Below, one piece after another: positions 35,776 through 54,490 of a DNA stretch of 64,000 nucleotides. The notes below the pieces were generated by a model. It did no database searches, was not told where the DNA came from, and was given only the letters and a program-made list of their open reading frames with translations. The position numbers and the translations under genes were made by a program. The DNA comes from the human T2T-CHM13v2.0 reference genome, Homo sapiens, in NCBI RefSeq assembly GCF_009914755.1, contig NC_060941.1. One strand, written 5' to 3'. The stretch's first letter is position 1. Every line of letters begins with the position of its first letter.

Positions 35776-36502
35776 AATGCAATCCATAATGGATACCATC
35801 TAACGCTAGTTAGAATGATGATCAATAAAAAGTCAGGAAACAACAGATGCTGGAGAGGATGTGGAGAAATAGGAACGCTATTACACTGTTGGTGGGCACT
35901 TAAATTAGTTTAACCATTGTAGAAGACAGTGTGGCGATTCTTCAAGGATCTAGAACCAGAAATACCATTTGACCCAGCAATCCCATTACTGGGTATATAC
36001 CCAAAGGATTATAAATAATGCTACTATAAAGACACATGCACAAGTATGTTTATTGCAGCACTGTTCACAATAGCAAAGACTTGGAACCAACCCAAATGCC
36101 CATCAGTAATAGACTGGATAAAGAAAATGTGGCACATACACACCATAGAATACTATGCAGCCATAAAAAAGGATGAGATCATGTCCTTTGCAGTTACATG
36201 GATGAAGCTGGAAACCATCATTCTCAGCAAACTTACACAGGAACAGAGAAACAAACACCGCATGTTCTCACTCATAAGTGGGAGTTGAACACTGAGAACA
36301 CAGGGACACAGGGAGAGGGAACATCACACACTGGGGCCTGTCAGGGTGTGGGGAACTATGGGAGGGATAGCATTAGGAGATATACCTAATGTAGATGACG
36401 GGATGATGGGTGCAGCAAATCACCATGGCATGTGTATACCTATATAACAAACCTGCATGTTCTGCACATGTATCCCAAAACTTAAAGTATAATTTAAAAA
36501 AA
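35776..36502 (+). mobile_element. 5'-truncated L1PA (PA8-10-like) 3' end
   Basis: ORF2 C-terminus [19 protein letters not shown]...SGS; 3'UTR ending cttaaagtataatttaaaaaaa. Confidence 0.9.
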
Positions 36503-38359
36503 GGATAACCCAAATATTGCATGGGACATACTTTTCTTAAAAATTTATTGTTTATTAATACAAAACAAAATAAAAAATACAGTCCATAATATTCTAACAA
36601 AAATGTTTCTTAGAATTTTTTTTTTAGGAAATCCTTCTCATGTTCACCATGTTTGGGTCTACCCTTCCAGGCTTCATATTTATACAAAGATGAATATAAG
36701 TGTGAATTCTATTCTTATTGAAGGAATATTGTTCATAATCACAAAGAAAGGAGTTTTCAGGATGGTTAGTCTCTAAATAAACAAAGAAAATGATTTAGCA
36801 GAGTGGATATTTCTAATGTAAAGAATAGTAAAATGAATAAAAGGCATAAAGTTATTTTTTAAAAAAGAAAACACTTTTTAATTGTTCATTGTGTTTAGCA
36901 GATCATAATCTGGTATTATCCACAGTCATTGAGCTTTTGTTTGTTTGGGGTCAGGATTGCATTTACTGTTAACTGATTTGCTCTTATGTACTTTATTTTT
37001 CTGACAACAAAAATTCCCATGCATAGTTTAAGTCTCTTGTATATAAAAACATTTCTCAAAGTTCAAAGGAAAGTTTTAATTTGGAAAAATTCTGTTTAGA
37101 TAATTCTTTCTTGATTTTTCTTGCCAACTTATTCAATGTATTTTTTGATCAATGAATCAATGTTAATCCTTTTACATTATTCTCTACGTCTACATTCTTA
37201 ATGCCTCTTTCCTGATTTCACAACCACTTATCAAAACAAACAGCTTATCCTGTTTCATTGCTCTGAACATCCTTCATAATTGTCTTATGATATTTAAAGT
37301 TGAAGATTTTTTACAGATGAAATACGTTTGTCTTTAAATGTGTCCCATTTCCTCAAATTCTCTGCCTCCAATGAAATCTGAAATCTAATTTAAAACAAAG
37401 TTCAAAATAAGATCTGTACACCATCCTTGTCAGTAGCTTCACTTTGAAGTTTTATGACCCACTACAGCCTAGCTTTTTTAACAGGAATAAAAAAAGTAAA
37501 CATCAGAAAGAGAGTATTCTAGCTCAAAGTAAATTGGGAAGTCATAAGAAATCATCTACCTGCTTTAAGTGACTTCATACATTTCAGTCTTATCAAATTG
37601 CTTTTCAAAATGATGTTGGAATTTAAAGGTTTAATTTCATGGCCACTTCCATTATTATTGGAAATGCTGAAAATAAAAATCACATTATAACCAATGACAG
37701 ATCCATATTTTAGTTTCCAAAATGGAACATTCTGGAAATGTACATCTTTAATAAATTTGAGGATTGATTATTAATGCAATGGACGATAACAATGTAGGAT
37801 GAATAGGGAGGATTATTGAGAACCAACATTTCCTTGGGAGGAAATGATTCAAGTGACATAATGTTCTTTCTCTAATAAGTTTTTAATGTTACTCATCAGC
37901 AAAATACAGCCAATGGGATGTATTGATTTCAGCAAAGTATGATATGATACTTTTGGAATAAAGGTAATAAGTATTTACTGAGTAACGGTAACATTAAGAA
38001 GATTACTTAAGCATAGATTAATAGGTATCTATCTTGTTGAATAAAGCTTATACTATAGCACTGCATTTTTTCTGCCTCTGTTGAGTACCACTTAATCATT
38101 GATTTGATGAGAAAAATAATTTTCAAATCATATACCAACTTTTAATATGAAGTTTGATATCAAAAGCTGGAAATATTTGTTAGAGTGATATTCTAGAAAG
38201 GTTAAAATCAACAGAATCAACCAGAATCAACAAAGGAACTGTTAAAGGTATATAAAAATAATCCAAGAATTCTTACATAGTAGGTTTAAGAAAACTTGTT
38301 TTGGTAGCAGGTTTTACATAAAAAAGATTTAGTGGCTTTATTTATTCACAAATTTGATT

Positions 38360-39600
38360 GATTTATTCATTCATTTAATAAATATCTATCAAAAACATAC
38401 CATGTACTAGGTCCTGAATTCTGGGTACTAGAAATATAGTAGTAAATTAGACAAATAAGGAATCTTCTACAGTTTATGTTCTGGTAGCCTGAGACAGAAA
38501 ATTAATAAGTAAATGAATAAACAAGATAATTTCAATTAGAAATAAGATTCAAAATATGTGAATTAGATGGAGTAGTGTACGGGAACTAATTTAAACTGGT
38601 AGGAAATGAGCACTGAAGAGGTGGTATTTTTGCTCTGCTTTTAAAAGAAGACAGATCTGATATAGGAAAGTCGGGGTTAAAGTTTTAAAGCAGAGAAAAT
38701 ATCAGGTGCAAAAACCCTAAAGGAAAAGATGGGCTTGGTCAAGTCAAAGAATAGAAATAACAATGGTTTCCTAAAGTCAGATAATGTAAAGATATTGTAG
38801 GTATTAATAAAGAAGTTTGATTTCATCCCAAGGGCAACAGGAAGATTTTGGAGCATTTTGAATAGGGAAGTAATATGATTAGATGGGATCTCTTTTGAAT
38901 TTTTAAAAGATTATTCTAGTTACCATCCAGAGAAAGGAATGTAAGAGCCCAAGTGTTGAATTAGAGAAATTTATTGAGTAATCCTGGTGAAAAACAACTG
39001 TGGCTTAGATTAGAAAGGTGTCCATAGAAAACAGGAAAAATGGATGGATTTAGAATAGAATCTGGGGGTGAATCAAACAGAGTGAAAGAGGAGTTAAACA
39101 TGGGGGTATAGAGAAGAGTTAAGGGTAACCCACGGTTATAGGAATTGAAGAACAGGGTATATTGTAGTAGAATTTACTGAAATGAAGGAAGTTTACAGAG
39201 GGAAATATTAAGTTTAAGATACCAACTGGATATTCAAATGTATTTTTTAAGTAGGTCACTCAACATTAACGTACTCAGCACAAATCATGACCAATCATGT
39301 AATGTACTCAGCACAAATGATTTGACCATTGGAATGGTCAAATTTAGGGGCATATTTTGGAGATGTCAGCAAATTGATGATATCTAATGCCATTAAGAAA
39401 ACGTAATGAGAAAGTGTGGAAGTAGAAAAATGAAGGACATAGGACTGAGGCCTGTGATATTTCTATATTTTGAGGTTAAACAAAGCAGTTTCAGAAGGAG
39501 GAATAAGTGAATAAAGCCAAGAGAGTATGATGCTGCAGAGATCAAGAGAAGAGATTGTTCAAAGAATTAAAAAAATGCTCAGCTAAGTAAAATATTGCTG
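38360..39600 (-). mobile_element. L2 LINE, long antisense fragment
   Basis: attcattcatttaataaatat 3' end followed by purine-rich antisense L2 body. Confidence 0.65.
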
Positions 39601-39699
39601 ACAGCTTAAGCAGGATGAAGAAAAACAAGTAATTGTAGGACTCTTTTGGTGATAGAGGGCGAGATAATACATACCAACTTTCCACTAATAATAACTAAA

Positions 39700-41720
39700 A
39701 GTGGTGAGTATAATATTAAAATATCAGAAATATTGATTATCTTGGCACAAATTGCAAAAGATATGCAAGACCTGCACACTGAAAACAACAAAAAAATTCA
39801 TTGAGAGAAATTAAAAGAGACGTGAATAAGCGGAGAGCGGAGCGAGATAATTGTTCAACTTTTGGAAAATTCAGTGTTTTTAAGATTTTTCTCACATTGA
39901 TCCATGCCTTCCCAATTTAAAGTCCAGCAGGCTTTTTTTGTTGTTGTTAAAAATTGAAAAGCCAATTCTAAAAGGCATGTAGAAATGCAAAGGACCTAGA
40001 ACAGCCAAAACAAATTCGACATAGAAGAAGTTGAAAGACTCATATTACCTGACTTCAGGAGTTATTTTAAAGTTTAAATAGATAAAACAATGCAGTGTTG
40101 ACAACAAGAGATAATAGGATTCAAAAAACAGAATGTGGAGTCTGGAAATAATTCCACACATATATGATAAACTGTTTTTCAGCAAAGGTGCAAAAGGGCC
40201 AGGTACGGTGGCTCACACCTGTAATCCCAGCACTTTCGAAAGCCGAGGCAGGTGGATCACTTGAGGTCAGTAGTTTGAGACCAGCCTGGCCAACATAGTG
40301 AAACCCCATCTCTACTAAAAATACAAAAATTAGCCAGGTGTCATAGCAGGCACCTCTAATGCCAGTTACTCGGGAGGCTGAGGCAGGAGAATCACTTGAA
40401 CCCAGCTGTCAAATGTTGTAGTGAGCTGAGATCTCACCCCTGCACTCCCGCCTGGGCAGTGCAAAGGGAAAGCCAACAGAGAAAGAATAGTGTTTTCTAT
40501 AATTACTACTGTAACTATTATAAAACCATATTCCAAAACAAGTGAATTTCAATTCATACATTGCATGATTTAAAAAAATTTACTTAAAGTGTACAATATG
40601 CCTAAATTCAAGAACAAAAACTATCAAATTTCTAAAAGAAAACATAGGACAAAATTGTTCTTAGGTGGTAATTTCTTAGTTATGACATAAAAAGCAAGAT
40701 CTATTTGAAATAAATAAATTGTACTTCATTAAAATTGAGAACATCTGCTCTTCTAAAGACACTTAAGAGAATTAAAATATAAGCCGCAGACTTCAAGAAA
40801 ATATTTAAAATTCCATATCTGAGAAAGGCTTTGTATCAAGGATATATTTGAAAGAGGAAAGCAAACTCAAAACTCAATAATAAGTGTGCAAAACTCAAGA
40901 GAGAGCTGGTCACAAGACATGAATAGCAACTTTACCAAAGATTTGTTGTTGGCAAAAAAATATATGAAAAGTTGCACAATGATATTATTCATCGGAAAAA
41001 TTATAACTCAAACCACCATGAGCTACCACTAAACATCTATTAAAATGTCTAAAATTAAAAAAAATTGACCATATCCCTTGTTAGCAAAGATATGAAGCAA
41101 CTGAAACTGCACCCAATGCTGATGGAGTTGTAACATGGTACAACCACTTTGAAAAAACGTAACACTTTTAAAAAATTATAGATACACCTATCAAATCCAG
41201 CCATTCTACTCTTAGATGTTTACTCATGAGAAATTAAAGCAAACATTTATTTAAAAATGCATACAGGGATGTTTATGTCATCTATATTTTTAATGTCCAA
41301 ACTTATAAACAATGCATATGCCTATCAACAAGTAATTGGGTAAAGAAATTGTGGTGTATTCATATAATGTGATATTACTCAGCAATAGAACAGTAGAAAG
41401 TATTAATGCACACAACAATATGAATGAATCTTAAAATTATTTTAAGTGAAATAAGCCAGATGTAAAAGAAGAGTTTGTATATACTTTTATTTATATAAAA
41501 TTATTTAAAATAAATGCTAATCTGTTGTTACAGAAAGCAGATCAGGGAGGATGCAGGAAGGGGTAGCAGGGAGGAAACACAAAGCTGCTCAAGGAGACTT
41601 TTGGGGGTAATTTACATATGTGTTACCTTAATAGCAGTGCAGTCTTATAGGTGTATGCATATATCAAAACTTGTCAAACTGTGCGGTTTATTATATGTCA
41701 ATTAACTCAATAAAATTATC
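39700..41720 (+). mobile_element. Ancient L1M ORF2/3' end, interrupted by an Alu
   Basis: atgcaagacctgcacactgaaaac; aaatgcaaaggacctagaacagccaaaac; A-rich and degenerate. Confidence 0.75.
40197..40458 (+). mobile_element. AluS lacking its last ~20 nt and poly(A) tail
   Basis: Alu dimer stops at cctgggca; flanked by gtgcaaaag (40188-40196) and gtgcaaagg (40459-40467). Confidence 0.9.
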
Positions 41721-42172
41721 TTTGAAACAAATATAAAATCTTCCTTGGCCTATGGAAATGAGATCTAAGGAGCTTGGAGACAGGAAGATTTTTTAATTGT
41801 CCCCTTTAAAATTTTGGTATTTGAACTGTGTAAATGATTTTCCTCTTCACAGCATAATTAACCAAAATTTTCTGTCCAAGCTCCTGAATATGAGATAGTG
41901 ACCTTGGTATCATCCAACACTCACGTCTCTCTCTCTCTCTTTTTTTTATTCACCTTTCTTTAGTCAATCACAAAATTCTGTCAATTGTGCCTTAGAATCT
42001 TAATATGAATTTGTTCCACCCCTCTCACCGCTGCTTTTGTCCTAGTTCATCGACTTTGGTAAATGTCACCTTCTTGGTGAAGTCTTCTCTGATCTTTCCA
42101 CACAGATGATTGCCTTGGTCTTTGCTGTATATCTTTTGACAGTTTTACTGTGGCAGACTTTGGAATATTTAT

Positions 42173-42558
42173 TGTGCGGCTCTAAGAAGAAAATTTAAAA
42201 ATGGGCTTAGCTGGTAGGAAGAGAAACAGGGGTAAAGGGGAGCAAATGTTCCGAGAAACGGGGTCCACAAAAACAGCTCACTTGCACCCAAACATCCTGT
42301 TACAATCCCTTAGCTCATGGCCCACCTGCACCCAAGCATCCTGTTCGCAAGCAATGAGACCAAGCAGCACAACCTTACAAAACTTCCCTCCACTCCTGCC
42401 TCTTTGCAGACAGCTTTTCATCTGCTGCATTACTCGCTGTTTTCTTGCAACATATCTCCCCCTTTTCTCTAATGAATCTGCCTTTCTAAACTCATTCCTC
42501 TCTTGGTCCATTCTTTTACCACTCACGTGCCAGCCTCAGGCAGTCATTGACCATGACA
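42173..42558 (+). mobile_element. ERVL-class solo LTR (LTR47-like)
   Basis: TG...CA termini; perfect 5-bp TSD tttat (42168-42172 / 42559-42563); degenerate polyA region ttctctaatgaatctgcctttct. Confidence 0.75.
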
Positions 42559-42740
42559 TTTATTTTAACTTTTTGTTTTTATGCACATTTGATTTGACAA
42601 AAATGTCTTTTTAAAAACAATATCTTATTCCTATTTAACAAGTATACGTTATGACAAATGTAAAGAATAGTTAAATGAAAATATTTCTCCTGGAATAATT
42701 TGCAAAGAAGTTACAGCTATTTTTATATATTTGAAAGATA

Positions 42741-43556
42741 ACCTTGAAAGAAAATTAGACGAATGGCTAACTAGAACAACCAATGCAGAGAAGTCCTTAA
42801 AGGACCTGATGGAGCTGAAAACCAAGGCATGAGAACTACGTGACAAATGCATAAGCCTCAGTAGCCCGATTTGATCAACTGGAAGAAAGGGTATCAGTGA
42901 TGGAAGATCAAATGAATGAAATGAAGCGAGAAGAGAAGTTTAGAAAAAAAAGAATAAAAAGAAATGAACAAAGCCTCCAAGAAATATGGGACTATGTAAA
43001 AAGACCAAATCTACGTCTGATTGGTGTACCTGAAATTGACGGGGAGAAGGGAACCAAGTTGGAAAACACTCTGCAGGATATTATACAGGATAACTTCCCC
43101 AATCTAGCAAGGCAGGCCAACATTCAAATTCAGGAAATACAGAGAACGCCACAAAGATACTCCTCAAGAAGAGCAACTCCAATACACATAATTGTCAGAT
43201 TCACCAAAGTTGAAATGAAGGAAAAAATGTTAAGGGCAGCCAGAGAGAAAGGTCAGGTAACCCACAAAGGGAAGCCCATCAGACTAACAGCTGATCTCTC
43301 GGCAGAAACTCTACAAGCCAGAAGAGAGTGGGGGCCAATATTCAACATTCTTAAAGAAAAGAATTTTCAACCCAGAATTTCATATCCAGCCAAACTAAAC
43401 TTCATAAGTGAAGGAGAAATAAAATACTTTACAGACAAGCAAATGCTGAGAGATTTTGTCACCACCAGGCCTGCCCTAAAAGAGCTCCTGAAGGAAGCAC
43501 TAAACATGGAAAGAAACAACCGGTACCAGCCACTGCAAAAACATGCCAAATTGTAA
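42741..43556 (+). pseudogene. L1 ORF1, C-terminal part
   Basis: 219-aa [21 protein letters not shown]...QPLQKHAKL; N-terminus and promoter missing. Confidence 0.9.
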
Positions 43557-43619
43557 AGACCATTGAGGCTAGGAAGAAACTGCATCAACTAATGAGCAAA
43601 ATAACCAGCTAACATCATA

Positions 43620-47438
<3,819 letters not shown>

Positions 47439-47689
47439 ACAGTGAGAACACATGGACACAGGAAGGGGAACATCACACACCGGGGCCTGCTGTGGGGTGG
47501 GGGAAGAGGGGAGGGATAGCATTTGGAGATATATCTAATGTTAAATGATGAGTTACTGGGTGCAGCACACCAACATGGCACATGTGTACATATATAACTA
47601 AACTGCACGTTGTGCACATGTACCCTAAAACTTAAAGTATAATTTAAAAAAAATTAAAAAAAGAAAGCTACCATTTTAAAATTGACATA

Positions 47690-48735
47690 TGCTGGGGATT
47701 AATAAGAAACTCAAACACCTCCACAGGAAAAATTAAATAAGCCAATTAAAAGTGGGCAAAAGATCTAAATGGACATTACCCAAAAGAAGACATACAAATG
47801 GCAAACAGGCATATGAAAAAATCGTCAACATCACTAATCATCAGAGAAATGCAAATTAAAATTATAATGACATATCATATCGCCCCTGTTAAAATGGCTT
47901 TTGTACAAAGACATGCAATAACAAATCTTGATCAGAATATGGAGAAAGGGGAACATGTGTAGACTGTAGGTGGGAATATAAATTAGTACAGTCACTGTGG
48001 AGAATAGTATTAGAGGTTCCTCAAAAAAACAAAAATAAAACTACCATATAATTTAGCAATCCCACTTCTGGGTATATATTCACAAGAAAGAAATTAGTAA
48101 AGCAAAGAGATATGTGGACTCCCATGTTTACTGTGGCACTATTCACAATAGCCAACATATGAAATCAACCTAAGTGTCCATCAGTGGATGAAAGGATAAA
48201 GAAAAGTCGCGACATAGCAAGACTCTGTCTCAAAAAAAAAGAAAGAGAAAAGTCAAACGTATATACAATGAAATGTTATTTAGCTATAAAAAAGAATGAG
48301 ATCCTGTCATTTGCAATAATATGAACAGAGCTGGAAGACATTGTGTTAGGTGAAATAAGCAACATGCAGAAAGACAAATGTTGCATATTCTCACTCATGT
48401 GGGAGTTAAAAATTTTAAAAATTGGACTCACAGAGATAGAAATTAGAATGATGGTCACCAGAGACTGGGAAGGGTAGCAGGGAGAGCAAGGATAAAGTGG
48501 GAATGGTTAATGGGTACAAAAATACAGTTGGAATAAATATTACCTACTATTTGGTAACACAATAGAGTAACTATAGTTAATAATTTATTGTGTATTTTAA
48601 AGTAACTAAAAGAGTAGAATTTGAATGTTCTTAACACAAAGAAATAATAAATGCTTGAGGTGATGGATACCCCAATTACCCTGATTGGATCATTACACAT
48701 TGTGTGCTTCTATCAAGACATTACATGTACCTAAA
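47690..48735 (+). mobile_element. L1MA-type 3' end
   Basis: gaggtgatggataccccaattaccctgattggatcattacacattgt and related L1MA 3'UTR motifs. Confidence 0.8.
48209..48245 (+). mobile_element. Extremely 5'-truncated Alu (23 nt plus A tail)
   Basis: gcgacatagcaagactctgtctc then A9; TSD agaaaagtc at 48200-48208 and 48246-48254. Confidence 0.8.
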
Positions 48736-49303
48736 AGATTAAACGTTTCAGTTAAAACAAAAGTCCCTTTTAAATACTATGCCCAGTCCCTACCCTTATG
48801 TTACATTTGGACAAAGGTAACCAGTGTTGTGTGCTTGATGTATGTCCTCCAGACTGTAAAATAACTTTCTCCACAGCTTAACTTTTCCAAAAATGAAATA
48901 AGCTTCCCCATGCAGTGTGGAAGGGAGTTCCTCCATCATTGTCAAAGATAGGATGTCCAAATGTAGAGTCAGAAAGACTCTAGATGCAATGCTTGTATTA
49001 GTTAGGGATTTGAACTTGGTCACAAGTATTGATTCTGAGTCTATCATTATGTAAGTGCATGTTTCTAAAACTACAAATAGGCATACTTTGACCATGGTAA
49101 CTTTCTTAAACTGGCCCAACTCCTTAGAAACCAATCTTTCAGAACTTTAAATTTTACTTAAGTGATTTTTTAAAAATCCTCAATAAAGCATCAATTTCCA
49201 TTTCTCAGTCTTGTCTTATACTAATTCTTGAGAGTCTCATTCTTTTAAAATCCTGCAAGTGACTAGCCATAGAAGAAAAATAATGTTATAGCATTTCTAA
49301 TAA

Positions 49304-49692
<389 letters not shown>

Positions 49693-51139
49693 AAGTTCTC
49701 TGTAACTGATCTGGTTATAAATAAACAAACATATTCAGTTTAATATGTGACTTTTTCTCATTATGGACACTAATGTCTATAAAACTGTCCTATTCACTGT
49801 GAATGCATAGATGTTTAAAAATATCAGAGATACTGAACAGTTCCAAAGATAGTATTAATACTACCAAAATGAGAACAATCGCTATATATACATCAGCATT
49901 CAATCTGCCACAATAGAATAAAAAATACAATTTCTCCTAGAAAAGGGGAATTTTGCCAACTTTTTGCTCTTTAAGAAACAAGCAGAAATACATGTTCCTA
50001 AAATTCTCATCTGGACTCAAAAAGACTGCTAGATCTTTCACAGGTGTTTTTTAGTTTCATTAGTTACCTGCACCCTGAGAATATCCAATGAATCTAGGGT
50101 ACAGGGACCAAATTATCATGACTGTAGTCTGATGTGAGCAAAGATTGTAATTAAAGTACACTTTGGATATAATTGCAAATGTGCATTTTGGTTTTTACTC
50201 CTTGCCTTCTAATTAGATTCCAATTTGAATCTGTGCTCCTGCATCAGTTATGCTTGTCCCGTATAAAAAAACAATATTATATTTGTATACAAATAATTTT
50301 GTCCAAGCCAGCCACCCTAGATTTTGATGCAAAGTAAAACAACTAAATACAATTTAGGCACTTTAACAGTGAGTTGTTAAAAGAAAAAAAAGCAGAGCTT
50401 TGTAAATTGATCCCATATATTCTTAAATTTAATAAAGTAATAATTTAATAAAATGGAGAATTGTATTTTCTACTTTCTTTGCTTAATAAAGCTTTAGCCC
50501 TCCCCAGTTAAGAATTGTCAATGGCTAGTCAATACCTGCAAGACTGATTTTAAATTCTTAGTATGGCATTCATGACCTTTCCAAGTTTGGCCTCTACTCT
50601 TACTATTTGGCTAAGAATACTATCACTGTTTCCTGAACATAACCTATATCTTCTGACCTTTGTGTTTTGGGATAGTTATCGCTATAACAAAATATTTGAC
50701 AGTATATGCTATGTGCCATGTACTATGCCAGGTGCTAGAAATATTAAAACAAATAGCCATACTTAGTAACTTAAGGAATTGAACAGACAAAAAGCAGATA
50801 AGTGTATTAAGAAAAACACCACATAGTATGGGCAGGTGCTACAATAGGCTTAAGTACAAAGTGTAATAATGGCAACTCAAAATAACAGATAACCTTCCAT
50901 ATCCTTTACTTGAAATATTTGTTTGGTATATCTCTTCTGATTCTTTCAAGAAGGAGCAGATCCATCTCTTTATATTCTCCATAGCACATTGCATATATAT
51001 TCCTCTATTGGGATATTTTTCACATTGTATCCTAATTATCTGTAACGCTATAACTGTTTCCCTGGAAAATATGTCACAATCTCAAAAGCAGGTGGCCTGT
51101 GTTAGACCGTATGCTGCCAGGAAGTAGCAAAGGGAACCA

Positions 51140-51360
51140 ACATCACTGAGTCTTCACTATGTGCTTTTTATGATCATAATATTTTTCATAAATTATTTTA
51201 TTTAATCCTCACAAGAATCTATTGAAAGGGATACTATTATGTCAATATTTTGCATGAGGAAACTCAGACTCAGAAAAGTTGTCACTGGCATCAAATTACA
51301 CATCTACTAATTTTACCATTAAGCTGTATGATATCCAAACCCAAGTCCTTGACACTGCAT
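51140..51360 (-). mobile_element. MIR SINE
   Basis: tttaatcctcacaag...atgaggaaactcagactcagaaaagtt core. Confidence 0.65.
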
Positions 51361-52643
51361 CGAAGTTATGATTTTCCAACCCCTAAAATATTGTTTGACT
51401 CATAGTAGTTGCTAAATAAATACTTCTTGCATGAATAAAAAATTAATAAGACGAATGTATTGATAACTTTGCATGGTATAGTAAATTGAGAAAATAGTGT
51501 TACAATAGGTGTGCTATTAATTAGTTTGGCCTATAGAATATATTTGCACATTTCAAATATATATATACACATATGTATATATATTTCTTCTGTGTCTTCT
51601 GTGTCTCCTTTGACTGTCTGTATATAATGATATACCCATTACTGTATGTACCTTATAGCTAGCCTAACAACAAAATACATAAATAATATATAAATATTTA
51701 TCTGTATATAAATATATATTACATATACGTACAATAATGAGTATGTTATTATATGCAGAGGGTCAAAATGAGACACAGAAGATGGAAGACCTTAAACACA
51801 ATAGTAAATAAGTAATAGAGCTTAGATGCAAACCTGCATAATTAAACCCAAAAGTAACCATTATACTACTTCACCTCAACATAAATAAGAAATATTGTTA
51901 TCACCACTGGCAATACAAAGGGATAACAACTCCTTTTTGTTTTCCTTAATGTACTAAGTAACAGGACAAAAAAGTTTCCATACATAGCATTCAGTTATAA
52001 AAGTAACTCGTTGCTATTAAGTGCAGCAAAAAGATAAATTGTTCACATACATTTAGCATTAGCTTCATGAATAAGAAGCAGCTTTTATCTAGTATGGACT
52101 ATTGGCTCTGAGATTTTTCCTAGAAAAATATACTGCTTTCTGAAAATACACAATATTATTCTGAATTAACAATACAACCCTTCTACTTAGAAAAGGACTT
52201 TATCTAAGAAGCATGTGATACTAGAAGGAGAAACATACTTAGGATTAATTGTATGAGGCACAGGTTGATTATTGTATTGAAAAATGCAGTGTCTGATTAT
52301 CTCCTCCAGGTGAATTTAAGCTTTGAGGCAAAGTACTATGAAGGAGATACACAATGAATTCAAGGTATTTAGTACAAATAATCTGAGAACACAAGACAGA
52401 TTTCTATTTGTGTTACAATCGTTGATCATATGTTGACTTGCACATTGAAATACTCTATCACATAAGAAATATACAGTAGGCTTAATTAAACCGTAACCAA
52501 TAAAGAAAGAAGATTGATAAAATAATGATAAGTGTTGAAGACATAAAGAGTACATGCAGGTTTATTTTTATCTTCTCTCTAGTATTGCATGTTTGAAATT
52601 TTTCATAATAAGTTTTTAAAAAGAAAAATAAATGTTCTCTTGA

Positions 52644-52991
<348 letters not shown>

Positions 52992-54490
52992 ACATTTTCT
53001 AATTTTAAACTTTTTAGTTAAAAAATAATTTTGTAAAGTGAAAAAATTAAAGAGGAAAAAATAGAAATTAAAATACTTTAGTTGCCAGAAAGGTGATTAA
53101 GAAAATGCTCTTCATACACATGAATATAAAAATTTTTTAAAAGTAGTTGCTGACTTACATCTGGTTATATTTATTTATCAAAAAATTACTATTTAAGGGA
53201 AAATTCATAACATAAAACTTTCTACCTAAACCGTTATAATGTTGAGGCTGAACTTTCCTATGTAGTTCATGCCTGAATTGTCTCAACAATGACTGTTGCT
53301 GCCTTCAATAAAATGGTAGCAAATTTAAAAAATGGTAGTTCTAAAAACTTGTCAATCTGAGCAATTGTTTGTGTTAATTTCTTTGTCCCCCCAAAGCTAA
53401 AATTTATTTTCTTAAATATCCCTGTGATTGCTTGCAACTATTGAGATGAAAAAAGAAACAATTTCTTAGATTGAAAATACAGTAGTCAACCCAGTATTTA
53501 TCTCCAGATTTGCTGATTTCTGCTTGACAGTAACATAATAATGGACCATAGAAAAACTAGTTGTGTTTTTAGAACAGACTCTTTTAAACCATGTGATTTT
53601 TTTTTTTTGTCATCAGTAAACAGAATTAATGTTTGGCTCTGCACATTTTAAAGCTAGTTGAAATAACAATACATTGCAGAAAAAATGGGATTTTGGTAAG
53701 GATTAAATATGATTGCTTATGAAAATAATAAGTATAATGTGTTGAGAATCTAATGTATTCCAAGAATTTTACAGAACTTGTCTCTAATTTTTCCAACAAT
53801 TCTCTAGATGAATATTTGCCATCTGGAGAACTCCAATTGCAAATAAAAAACCAAGTTCAGTAGGTTGCCCCAGGTTATATAGTTAATAATTGCTAGACCT
53901 GAAATGAAATTCTTATCTTTGCCCTTCTGACTCTTTCTATTCTGCAACATTGTCTCTAAGGAAATAATGAGGAAATTATCAAAGTACAAATGCATTATAT
54001 TAGCTATAAATTTCTTTATTAAGGGATTAGGGCAGAGACAAAAAAGCATTCATCAGTGGTAACATGCAGTCTCTAATCTTGGTTCCATCACTTCTCTTTT
54101 CCTCTTAAATGATTCATAACAATGCACACTGCTGAGAGAATCTTTTGCTCCGGGAATAAACAACCAGGAGGTATACAATTCCCAGGCCATTTATTATCCC
54201 TATTTTTGCAACATCTATCGTCAATTAAGTCCTATTAAATGATTACAAAGGTAACTATTTAGTTACAATTTTGTTGAATTTGTTAGCAAACTTCTTTGTG
54301 TCATTTGCTTCTCAAATGAAGAGACTGTAGCAACAGTGAAACCATGTGGCAAACTGGCATTGGGCTGCAGTTCATTAGAATCTGAAAGGCAGGAGAACTC
54401 ATCCACATTTAAAATTCTACATTTGAATTTTCGTTGCTTATGCTGACAATCCTTTAAACACAAAGTCATAAATCAGCAGGCAGTGCTAGG

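Noticed and set aside
42201-42614. 137-aa ORF
   Set aside because: Lies largely inside the solo LTR at 42173-42558; no recognisable domain
48796-49134. 112-aa minus-strand ORF in unique sequence
   Set aside because: No recognisable homology, no clear splice sites and a non-ATG start; length compatible with chance
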